Positions 56,426 through 64,000 of a stretch of 64,000 nt of DNA are shown here, one piece after another. Every line of letters begins with the position of its first letter. Position 1 is the stretch's first letter. Where the stretch lies: contig CALWPB010000001.1 in assembly GCA_944383315.1 (NCBI GenBank), positions 29,197 to 93,196 on the forward strand. The letters run 5' to 3'. The notes under the pieces were generated by a model that did not search any database, was not told the DNA's origin, and worked only from the letters and a program-made list of their open reading frames with translations. The translations under genes and the position numbers were made by a program. Source of the DNA: an uncultured Clostridia bacterium (GTDB lineage: Bacteria > Bacillota > Clostridia > Christensenellales > UBA1242).

Positions 56426-58084
56426 ATGCCACAGAAAGAAGCAAGCAAGAAAAATGCTGCTGCACGCAGATTGCCTTACAATTTTGAAGCAGAGCAAGCA
56501 GTACTTGGGGCTGTATTAATCAGCCAAGAAGCACCATCGGTAATACTTACAGAACTTAGGAAAAATGATTTCTACACGCGTGAGCACCAGATTATTTTTG
56601 ACACAATGCAGACGCTTTTTGTCAAGAAAAATCATACATATTTTGACCACATCATTTTGACAAGTGAACTTGAAAGTCAGGGTTTACTTGAAACGGTTGG
56701 CGGTGTGAGTTATCTCATTACCCTAACCAATGTGCTACCTAGTGCAACAAACTATCAATATTATGTTGATATTGTAAAACGTGATTCCACCCTACGCCAA
56801 CTCATTGCTGCTGGTGGCGAAATAATTGAGAATGCGTACGCAAGTGATGACCGCGAGTCTGCTCTAGGTTTTGCTGAAAGTAAAATTTATGCGATTTCGC
56901 AGACTGCTGACCATTCGGCTTTGGAGCATATTAAAGGCAGTCTTGAAAAAGTCATAGAAGAATTTGAGTTATGTTTCCAAAACCCTGACGCAAAGCGCGG
57001 AGTTTTCACGGGTTACCCTGGACTTGACCACTGCACTAATGGTTTTCAAAAAGGCGAACTTATCATTCTTGCGGCACGTCCTGCGTTTGGTAAGTCTTCC
57101 CTTGCGCTTAACTTTGTGCAAAATATGGCGATTAAATACAATAAAACTTGCGCTATATTCAACCTTGAAATGTCAAAGGAAGATTTGGCGCGCAGAATGG
57201 CTGTAAGTATTGCAAAAGAGCATTGCCGTACTATTAGTATGGAAAAAGTCAAGCGCGGCGACCTAAATGAAGACGAGCAACGCAAATTTCGTCAAGCAAT
57301 CAATCAACTTGCTGATACAAAAATTTATCTTGATGAAAGTGGTTATAACACCCCTGCTGAAATTAAGTCCAAATGTATGCGACTTAAAAATGACCCGTCC
57401 TGCGGGCTTGATTTTGTAATGATTGACTACCTACAACTTATGAGCAATGGCGGACGTAGTGAAGGACGTCAACAAGAAGTTAGTGATATTTCGAGAAATC
57501 TAAAACTTATGGCAAAGGAACTTGGGGTGCCTGTACTTGCCCTTTCACAACTTTCGCGTGGTGTCGAACAACGTACGTTTGGCGACCACAAACCGCAATT
57601 AAGCGACTTGCGTGAATCTGGTGCGATTGAGCAAGATGCCGATATTGTAATGTTTATTCACCGACCTAGCAATTATGCTGACGTCAACAAAGATGGAAGT
57701 CTTGACCCGACTCAAGTATTTTTGATTGTGGCAAAACATCGTAATGGTCCTTTGGCTGAAATTCCGCTTATTTGGGACGGCGCAACCACGACATTCCGCA
57801 GTACTGAAAAAGACGCAAACATTGCAAGTCTTGAAGCGACTGCTCCGCCACCAATTACACAAGAAAATCGCGCAGCATTTGAAAAAGTATCAAAAGAACT
57901 TGAGGCTGTTGGCAATGTTGATGATGGTATTTTTAATGCTCCACCTATCGATGAGATTCCGCCAGAAATTCCACCTGAATTACCTGACGATATACCACCT
58001 GCTGAACCACCTTTTGAGCCGACAGAGCCTGTGAATAACAATGCCCCAGCAGATGCAGATGACGATTTCGACCCTATCTTTTAA
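56426..58084 (+). CDS. dnaB: Replicative DNA helicase DnaB with a Pro/Glu/Asp-rich C-terminal tail
   Basis: LPYNFEAEQAVLGAVL start, Walker A ARPAFGKSS, IDYLQLM, SQLSR, ESGAIEQDAD. About 90 extra C-terminal residues (PPEIPPELPDDIPPAEPP). Confidence 0.95.
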   Translation: MPQKEASKKNAAARRLPYNFEAEQAVLGAVLISQEAPSVILTELRKNDFYTREHQIIFDTMQTLFVKKNHTYFDHIILTSELESQGLLETVGGVSYLITLTNVLPSATNYQYYVDIVKRDSTLRQLIAAGGEIIENAYASDDRESALGFAESKIYAISQTADHSALEHIKGSLEKVIEEFELCFQNPDAKRGVFTGYPGLDHCTNGFQKGELIILAARPAFGKSSLALNFVQNMAIKYNKTCAIFNLEMSKEDLARRMAVSIAKEHCRTISMEKVKRGDLNEDEQRKFRQAINQLADTKIYLDESGYNTPAEIKSKCMRLKNDPSCGLDFVMIDYLQLMSNGGRSEGRQQEVSDISRNLKLMAKELGVPVLALSQLSRGVEQRTFGDHKPQLSDLRESGAIEQDADIVMFIHRPSNYADVNKDGSLDPTQVFLIVAKHRNGPLAEIPLIWDGATTTFRSTEKDANIASLEATAPPPITQENRAAFEKVSKELEAVGNVDDGIFNAPPIDEIPPEIPPELPDDIPPAEPPFEPTEPVNNNAPADADDDFDPIF

Positions 58085-58094
58085 TAAAAATATA

Positions 58095-58124
58095 AAAGTA
58101 TTGGATATCAAACCAATACTTTTT
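58095..58124. terminator. Bidirectional terminator (dnaB / rubrerythrin)
   Basis: 10-bp stem aaagtattgg/ccaatacttt with an 8-nt loop, flanked by A-runs and T-runs. Confidence 0.75.
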
Positions 58125-58737
58125 ATTTATCCTTCATATTAAACCTAACTTTTTGCGCATTTAAAATGAGTTTTATAGAACCGCGTTTTGCTTTACACAA
58201 TGGACATTCGTCCCAAGGTTCTGTACCTGTTGCCATATAACCGCAATCGCCACAAATCCAAGTAACTGGTTCTTCCTTTTTGTAAAGTGTTTTATTTTTA
58301 AACTGATTATACAACTCGGTAAAAATTTCTTTGTGATACATTTCTACTTGCAACACGTCTTCGAAAAGTTGCGCGATTTCAGGAAAACCTTCTTCGCGTG
58401 CAGTTGCCGCAAATTCGGCATAAATATTGGCTTCATTTGCTTCATCTTCTGCTGCTAGACGCAAGTTGTCGCACAAATCCCACTTTTCACGGAATGGGAA
58501 ACCTGCCACTATTTCGATATTATCAATCTGCTCGTCTTCCCCATCTTGAATAAATGTGTAAAACATTCTCGCGTGATTAAATTCTTGATATGCGATTTCG
58601 TCTATAATGTCGGCAATATTCTTATAATCATTATAACGTGCGCCATACTCAATAAATTCGTATCTTGTACGTGCCTGACACTCGCTAGCATAACTGCGCG
58701 CAAGATTTTCATAAGTTCTGCTTTCTTTTAATTTCAT
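58123..58737 (-). CDS. rbr: Rubrerythrin
   Basis: Ferritin-like di-iron domain (ExxH motifs) plus a C-terminal rubredoxin CGDCGY...CPLCKA. Confidence 0.9.
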   Translation of the reverse strand: MKLKESRTYENLARSYASECQARTRYEFIEYGARYNDYKNIADIIDEIAYQEFNHARMFYTFIQDGEDEQIDNIEIVAGFPFREKWDLCDNLRLAAEDEANEANIYAEFAATAREEGFPEIAQLFEDVLQVEMYHKEIFTELYNQFKNKTLYKKEEPVTWICGDCGYMATGTEPWDECPLCKAKRGSIKLILNAQKVRFNMKDK

Positions 58738-58870
58738 TGCTACACCTCCGTACGAGTAATTTTTGTTAAAAAAATTTTTTTATACCAAATTTTTACAATT
58801 ATTAGACAATGTTAATTAAAATACATCTTGCAAATTTATAAATTGATGCTATAACTGTAATACTAACAAA

Positions 58871-58890
58871 AAGAAGCATAACTGCTTCTT
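58871..58890 (-). terminator. Terminator after ylmC/ymxH
   Basis: Stem aagaagca/tgcttctt with a 4-nt loop, directly after the stop, with a T-run on the minus strand. Confidence 0.7.
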
Positions 58891-59247
58891 TTATTTTTGC
58901 GGTACTCCTGTATAATTTGCGTAGTTATGAATTTTACTTCCGTCTGGCTCAATGACCACAGAATTTGCGGGTGCATATTTACTAATTAAACCTGCTGTAT
59001 TAACTGGTGGGTTTACTGGATTAAGTTCCACTAAAATAGCATCAAGTCCAATTTTACAAATACATTGATATGGAATAAAGATATCTTCCCGTCCTTTAAA
59101 CATCCCAGAACGAGTACCCGGTACTACAACCCCTAGAATTCGCGCACTATTTTGCTCAAAAATCAAATCTATAATATGCCCAAGTCTGCGACCGTCTGTA
59201 AGATTAACCACCACTTTTGAACGCAATTCACTGAAACTTATTTCCAT
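58891..59247 (-). CDS. YlmC/YmxH-family sporulation protein (PRC-barrel)
   Basis: ISFSELRSKVVVNLTDGRRLGHIIDLIF is the family signature. Start placed at the internal ATG. Confidence 0.8.
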   Translation of the reverse strand: MEISFSELRSKVVVNLTDGRRLGHIIDLIFEQNSARILGVVVPGTRSGMFKGREDIFIPYQCICKIGLDAILVELNPVNPPVNTAGLISKYAPANSVVIEPDGSKIHNYANYTGVPQK

Positions 59248-59310
59248 AAATATCCACCGCAATCAAATAATATATATTAATATATGCCTTTGCGTTAATT
59301 TTGATAACAA

Positions 59311-59335
59311 AACAAAAAAAAGGGGCTTCCCCCTT
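59311..59335 (-). terminator. Terminator after sigG
   Basis: Stem aagggg/cccctt, loop cttc, T8 on the minus strand. Confidence 0.8.
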
Positions 59336-59337
59336 CT

Positions 59338-60111
59338 CTAAACAAAAAACTTTTTAACAACACGCAAGGCATTTTTCTCTAATCGACTAACTTGCGCCTG
59401 ACTGATACCAATTTCATCGCTTACTTCAACCTGAGTTTTGCCCATATAATAGCGCATTATTATTATGCGTTTTTCTCTTGGGGCAAGGCTTTTCAATGCG
59501 TCTTGAATGGACACATTATTAAGCCATTTTTCATCGCTATTACTTGCATCTGCTATATGATCCCCCAACTCCAAAGCATCGGGGTCATCAGAATACATAG
59601 GTTCTGAAAGCGACATTGGTTCTGAAATAGCATCAAGTGCACAAGCAACTTGCCTATATGGTGTATCAAGGTCAAGCGCAATTTCTTCTAGTGTAGGCTC
59701 ACGCTGTAATGTTGCCCCCAACTTTTCGCGTGATTGAAGTGCTCTATAAGCAATATCTCTTAAAGACCTACTTACTCTAATAGCACTGTTATCACGCAAA
59801 AATCTACGAATTTCACCTATAATCATAGGTACTGCATAAGTGCTAAATTTTACATTTAGATTAATGTCAAAGTTATCAATCGCTTTAATTAGCCCCACAC
59901 ACCCTACTTGAAATAAATCGTCCATATTTTCCTTACGATTACTAAAACGTTGCACAACACTCAATACAAGTCGCATATTCCCATAAATAAATTGTTGTTT
60001 CGCATCTTCATCGCCCTGTTTGATTTTAAACATCAAATCGGCAAGTTCACTTGCATCAAATTTAGGTAAAGTTGACGTATCAACACCACAAATCACCACT
60101 TTGTTTGACAT
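59338..60111 (-). CDS. sigG: RNA polymerase sporulation sigma factor SigG
   Basis: MSNKVVICGVDTSTLP N-terminus typical of SigG, with sigma-70 regions 2-4. Start after GGAGGG. Position directly after sigE. Confidence 0.9.
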   Translation of the reverse strand: MSNKVVICGVDTSTLPKFDASELADLMFKIKQGDEDAKQQFIYGNMRLVLSVVQRFSNRKENMDDLFQVGCVGLIKAIDNFDINLNVKFSTYAVPMIIGEIRRFLRDNSAIRVSRSLRDIAYRALQSREKLGATLQREPTLEEIALDLDTPYRQVACALDAISEPMSLSEPMYSDDPDALELGDHIADASNSDEKWLNNVSIQDALKSLAPREKRIIIMRYYMGKTQVEVSDEIGISQAQVSRLEKNALRVVKKFFV

Positions 60112-60171
60112 TTTTCCCTCCAAGGAAGAATTCAAACAATATTTTCGGCAAGTGATTAAACTTTTATACAA

Positions 60172-60888
60172 CTAAATTAGTTTTGCAATATCTTTTTTCA
60201 TTTTATGAAGAATTTTCTTTTCAATTCGGCTAATATAACTTTGAGAAATATTTAACATATCAGCGACTTGCTTTTGTGTGCGCTCCTGTTCTCCATTCAA
60301 ACCAAAACGCATCGAAACTATTTGCTTTTCTCTAGCATCCAACTTATCTAGCACCTTATAGATAACATCTTTCTCCATAGATGTTTCCATATTTTTGAAA
60401 ACTTCATCTGCATCAATACCTATAACATCACCGAGCAACAATTCATTCCCGTCCGAATCAAACGAAAGCGGCGAATCAAGCGATGTTTCTTTCTTCTGTT
60501 TGCTAACTTTACGCAAATGCATAAGTATTTCATTTTCTATACAACGAGAAGCATACGTAGCAAGTTTAATTTTCTTTGAAGAATTAAAAGTATTAACCGC
60601 TTTAATAAGACCTATTGAGCCTACTGAAATTAAGTCTTCCAAGTCTACACCTGTATTTTCAAATTTTTTTGAAATATACACAACCAAACGCAAATTGCGC
60701 TCTATTAGTTCTGCCTTAGCATTCTCGTCCCCGTTTTCAAGACGCATAAGACATTCTTGTTCTTCGTCAATGCTCATAGGACTTGGCAATGCTTCATTAC
60801 TACATAAAAACAAAAGCATTTGCTCTTTTGATACATTTTCTTCAAGCCCTATAGCCTTTAAAAATATTTTCTTTAAAAAACCTAACAT
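60172..60888 (-). CDS. sigE: RNA polymerase sporulation sigma factor SigE (pro-sigma-E)
   Basis: Pro-sequence followed by ...NEALPSPMS and sigma-70 regions 2-4. Overlaps the end of spoIIGA. Confidence 0.9.
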   Translation of the reverse strand: MLGFLKKIFLKAIGLEENVSKEQMLLFLCSNEALPSPMSIDEEQECLMRLENGDENAKAELIERNLRLVVYISKKFENTGVDLEDLISVGSIGLIKAVNTFNSSKKIKLATYASRCIENEILMHLRKVSKQKKETSLDSPLSFDSDGNELLLGDVIGIDADEVFKNMETSMEKDVIYKVLDKLDAREKQIVSMRFGLNGEQERTQKQVADMLNISQSYISRIEKKILHKMKKDIAKLI

Positions 60889-61718
60889 TTTACCGCCTCC
60901 AACAAATCATTTCCAATAATTGCCTGACAATCTCCGCATTTAACACGACCATTTGCAACACCTACACTTGCGTTTTGTTGTTTCCCATCTATAATCACAT
61001 TAGCATCAAAAACGCACATTTTATAATTACCCCCAAGACTATTTACTGTTATAGTATCAATATTTGATAACCCTAAATTATCCGTTTTACCAAACATAAG
61101 TGCCATTCGCTCGTGAGTACTCAACCAAAAAGCAAGTTCTTTTTCTGGTAACACAATGACAGGCTTCCCAAATCGGTCTTTCAAAGTATTTCCCGTATCA
61201 ATAAAACTTTTTATTTTTTTAACTTTATTTTTAATCTCCAAATTAATTACAACCGAATTCCCCCAAGTTTTCTTGTTTTTAAGTCCCCTAAGCAATCTAA
61301 AACACAAAGTCCCAAACATAAATACGCATACTAAAAGTGTCCCCAAAGGCAACGATGATACGTATCCTAGATACATAGAATCATAAATTTGTATTCCCAT
61401 AAAAGTAAAAATAGCAATCAATGCTCCGCCGAACGCAAAAGTGTAGAGAGAAAAAATTAAAAAACGAGATAGTATTTTCTTAAAGGAAAAACAAGCTATA
61501 AAAGACATTACAAATGCTACACTAAATTTAAGTAATATAGCAAAAACACCTTCAAAAGTAATAAGCGGAGAAACTACAGCAAACCCAGCCCCAAATGCGC
61601 TTGCAAGCATTATACCCCACTTGCTAACGGGCTGATGCAACGTTTTGACAGCAAGAGTCATAAGCAAAGCATCAATTAAAAAATTGTCAAGCAACACATA
61701 TTCAATAACAATTTCCAT
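60882..61718 (-). CDS. spoIIGA: Sigma-E processing aspartic peptidase SpoIIGA
   Basis: Five N-terminal TMs and a C-terminal domain with IDTGNTLKD (the DTG catalytic motif). Confidence 0.9.
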   Translation of the reverse strand: MEIVIEYVLLDNFLIDALLMTLAVKTLHQPVSKWGIMLASAFGAGFAVVSPLITFEGVFAILLKFSVAFVMSFIACFSFKKILSRFLIFSLYTFAFGGALIAIFTFMGIQIYDSMYLGYVSSLPLGTLLVCVFMFGTLCFRLLRGLKNKKTWGNSVVINLEIKNKVKKIKSFIDTGNTLKDRFGKPVIVLPEKELAFWLSTHERMALMFGKTDNLGLSNIDTITVNSLGGNYKMCVFDANVIIDGKQQNASVGVANGRVKCGDCQAIIGNDLLEAVKC

Positions 61719-61872
61719 AACTCAAACTCCTAACACTATTTTAACTCAATCAATACAAATTTGCTGCTAAAAATAAAAGATATATTACACGAATGGTGCA
61801 ATATATCTTGAAAATTTGTCGTTTTTAAATAAGTTAAAATTTAAAAAATAAAAAGAACTCTCAACGAGTCCT

Positions 61873-62106
61873 TTATTGAATAATCATTACTACCAAAGCA
61901 ACCACAATAAATATCAAACCGATTACTTTTGTGGTAACCAAAATTGTGTCATCATTCGGTACATTGCTTGTCTTTCTTGCAGCACAAGCAATTCGTCTTG
62001 CAAGAACTGCAACAGCAATACCAATAGCACAAAGAATTATCCCAATGATAACATTAGCTTGTGAAAGTCTTTCTATAAGTGAAACCAACAATAAAGCAGT
62101 CGTCAT
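61873..62106 (-). CDS. Small two-TM membrane protein (hypothetical)
   Basis: 77-aa ORF with two clear hydrophobic helices. No recognisable homology. Confidence 0.4.
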   Translation of the reverse strand: MTTALLLVSLIERLSQANVIIGIILCAIGIAVAVLARRIACAARKTSNVPNDDTILVTTKVIGLIFIVVALVVMIIQ

Positions 62107-62169
62107 AATAAATCCCCTTCTTTTTGTTACTCAATTTATTTTATCACCAAAATACTATTTTGTCAATAT

Positions 62170-62868
62170 CTATGCTTTATCTTTTTGCTTATCTTCAACT
62201 TTAGTCGCTGTAGCTTCTTGTATCACATCTTCTGATTCAACTTCAACAGTCTCAGATGTGGTTTTTTCTATCTGTTGGTCACTTTCTTGTATTTTTGTTG
62301 CTGTTGCTTCTCTAACCACTTTATCATCTTTATTTTTGTTAAAAACTCGTTTGTAATTTAATACTATATATACGATTACACTCGCTACAATTATAATAAG
62401 TCCAGCATATAAAATATATAAATTCCAACCATTCATTGATTTTGCAAAGAAACACAACACAAGACCAATACTCATTACAAATGTGCCAAGCTTGCCTAAA
62501 AAGTTACTTGGTATAGTAATTTTACGCTTAAACAAGCATACACCTGTAATAATTAATGCTAAATCAATAGTAATTAAAGTTGCAACCAACCATACTGGAA
62601 TAATGTCTACAACAGCAAATGCTATGAGGGTCGCCATTTTTAACAGTTTATCAGCTAGCGGGTCTAAAACTACACCATATTTAGTAATTTGGTTGGTTTT
62701 ACGCGCAATTATTCCGTCAAGAACATCAGTAAAACTAGCTACCAAAAATACTATTAATGCACCTATATGATAATCGCTTGTTTCGAAAAAAAATACAATC
62801 AAAAATACAGGCACTAATAATAGCCTGATTAGAGATAATACATTAGGAATATTCCAAAACTTATTCAT
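62170..62868 (-). CDS. Second CDP-alcohol phosphatidyltransferase (PgsA-like paralogue) with a repeat-containing acidic tail
   Basis: DVLDGIIARK...LDPLADK motif. N-terminus MNKFWNIPNVLSLIRL. The tail contains REATATKIQ / QEATATKVE repeats. ATG at 62868 preferred over TTG at 62880. Confidence 0.8.
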   Translation of the reverse strand: MNKFWNIPNVLSLIRLLLVPVFLIVFFFETSDYHIGALIVFLVASFTDVLDGIIARKTNQITKYGVVLDPLADKLLKMATLIAFAVVDIIPVWLVATLITIDLALIITGVCLFKRKITIPSNFLGKLGTFVMSIGLVLCFFAKSMNGWNLYILYAGLIIIVASVIVYIVLNYKRVFNKNKDDKVVREATATKIQESDQQIEKTTSETVEVESEDVIQEATATKVEDKQKDKA

Positions 62869-63005
62869 TAAATACACCAACTTTTTCTATTATTCTTTTG
62901 CAATTTGATAACATTATACCATAATTGTTCCAAAATTTGAAACGATTTAACAAAATTTCTAAAATTGGAATATTATATCATAAATGTTCAATTAGGAGGA
63001 AATTA

Positions 63006-64000
63006 ATGAAAAATTTGGCATTTATGCTAGCATTATTACTTATTCCAACAATGATGTTTGCTGGTTGTGGCGAAACTAATAATGCTAGTAATAAAATCGT
63101 TGTCAGCGAAGTAACCCATAGTATTTTCTATGCCCCTTTGTATATTGCTATGAGTAATGGTTATTTTGCTGATGAAGGTCTTGAAATCGAACTTGTAAAC
63201 GCAAATGGTAGTAACAATGTTATGACTGCTATAGTTTCAGGTAGCGCTACCATTGGACTCGCTGGACCTGAAACTGCTGTCTACACAGCACAACAAAGCG
63301 AAGGTTCTTCACCTAAAGTGTTTGGACAATTAACTGCCTGTGATGGTTCTTTCCTTGTCGGTCGTGAAGCAGATGTAGACTTTAGTATAGAAGATTTGCG
63401 TGGTAAAACTATTATTGCAGGCCGTCGAGGCGGTATGCCAGCAATGACACTAGAATATGCTCTAGCACAACAAGGTCTAATTGCTGGTAGAGATTACACT
63501 TTAAACCTTGATTATGACTTTGGAATGGTAGCAACTGTATTTGAATCAGGTATTGGTGATTATTGCACAATGTTTGAACCAGTAGCAAGTGAATACGAAG
63601 CAAGTGGACACGGTGCAATAGTAGCATCAATCGGCGAAATGGGCGGATATGTACCCTATACTGGTTTTATAGCAACTGAAGAATATCTTGATGAAAATGC
63701 TCTTCAAGCAGAATGCTTCTTGCGTGCTGTTTACCGTGGATATCTCTATCTTATGAATGCCCCAATTGATGATGTAGCGAATGCGCTTTCCAAACAATTT
63801 GCCGACAGCAGTATTGAAGGCATCAAAGCCGCAATCGAAAACTACAAACAACTTGATGCATTTGCATCTAGCCCCGTGATGACACAAGACGGGTATGAAA
63901 GACTTTGTGCGATTATAACTGCAGCAGGTCAACTTGAAGGCACGGTTGATTTTAACAAAGTAATAGACAACACTATTGCAGAAAAAGTCGTAAAGTACTT
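63006..64000 (+). CDS. ABC transporter substrate-binding lipoprotein, NMT1/THI5 (NitT/TauT)-like; 3' end lies outside the window
   Basis: Not in the ORF track because it runs off the window. AGGAGG then ATG. My own translation gives MKNLAFMLALLLIPTMMFAGCGET (lipobox FAGC) and VTHSIFYAPLYIAMSNGYFADEGLEIELV, typical of this SBP family. The frame is open to base 64000. Confidence 0.75.
   Translation, partial: MKNLAFMLALLLIPTMMFAGCGETNNASNKIVVSEVTHSIFYAPLYIAMSNGYFADEGLEIELVNANGSNNVMTAIVSGSATIGLAGPETAVYTAQQSEGSSPKVFGQLTACDGSFLVGREADVDFSIEDLRGKTIIAGRRGGMPAMTLEYALAQQGLIAGRDYTLNLDYDFGMVATVFESGIGDYCTMFEPVASEYEASGHGAIVASIGEMGGYVPYTGFIATEEYLDENALQAECFLRAVYRGYLYLMNAPIDDVANALSKQFADSSIEGIKAAIENYKQLDAFASSPVMTQDGYERLCAIITAAGQLEGTVDFNKVIDNTIAEKVVKY

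Noticed and set aside
58738-58890. PerR/Fur-type operator upstream of rubrerythrin.
   Set aside because: I could see only vague AT-rich dyads (taataattgtaa), with no convincing 7-1-7 palindrome.
60395-60919. 174-aa + strand ORF antisense to sigE.
   Set aside because: It is fully overlapped by the well-supported sigE and spoIIGA genes and has a Ser-rich shadow composition. The same applies to the other antisense ORFs in the track, such as 8864..9241, 19115..19522, 48943..50331 and 63412..63932.
61817-61823. Spo0A box upstream of spoIIGA (tgtcgtt), and tcgaca at 46517-46522.
   Set aside because: The matches to TGTCGAA are only 5/7 to 6/7, which is expected by chance in AT-rich DNA. They are noted but not annotated.
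1-64000. CRISPR arrays, IS elements or transposases, toxin-antitoxin pairs, restriction-modification systems or known defence systems.
   Set aside because: No direct-repeat arrays with spacers were found, and no ORFs carry recognisable Cas, transposase, nuclease-ATPase defence or methyltransferase signatures. The window is core and sporulation genome.

Overview
Low-GC (about one third G+C) chromosomal segment from an endospore-forming Firmicute with Clostridia-like gene order. It is almost entirely core genome. Housekeeping blocks: rpsO, tatD-tcdA-rlmN, ftsK/spoIIIE, pgsA-(unknown)-recA-rny, tRNA-Trp-rnhA, a xer-like recombinase with lexA, miaB-mutS-mutL-miaA, a class A PBP, pheST (behind a Phe T-box)-nifS-thiI, recN, class I lysK-serS, dnaB and rubrerythrin. 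Sporulation genes are unusually dense: pdaB-like, yunB, spoVAC-AD-AE, dac, spoIIM-like, spo0A, spoIVB, ylmC/ymxH and spoIIGA-sigE-sigG. I found no CRISPR array, IS element, prophage or recognisable defence island, and no complete novel multi-gene system that I can support. The most anomalous locus is the cell-surface protein gene at 50539-52814. It is split by a frame change exactly inside a 115-nt, ~64% GC patch whose coding strand has a single adenine. That patch encodes the last ~35 residues (WLRS...GVRPA) of a lectin-like/DUF6273-like domain, so it is a candidate adenine-targeted hypermutation (DGR-type) variable region, but no RT or template repeat is in this window. Other points worth a second look: a Spo0A whose receiver domain appears to lack the phospho-acceptor Asp; a 733-bp ORF-free AT-rich gap; a family of ACTATGC...GCATAGT inverted repeats at three intergenic sites; a membrane-tethered PadR-like regulator; an Asn-rich secreted protein beside spoVA; tandem DnaA boxes upstream of dnaB; and two pgsA paralogues with acidic tails.
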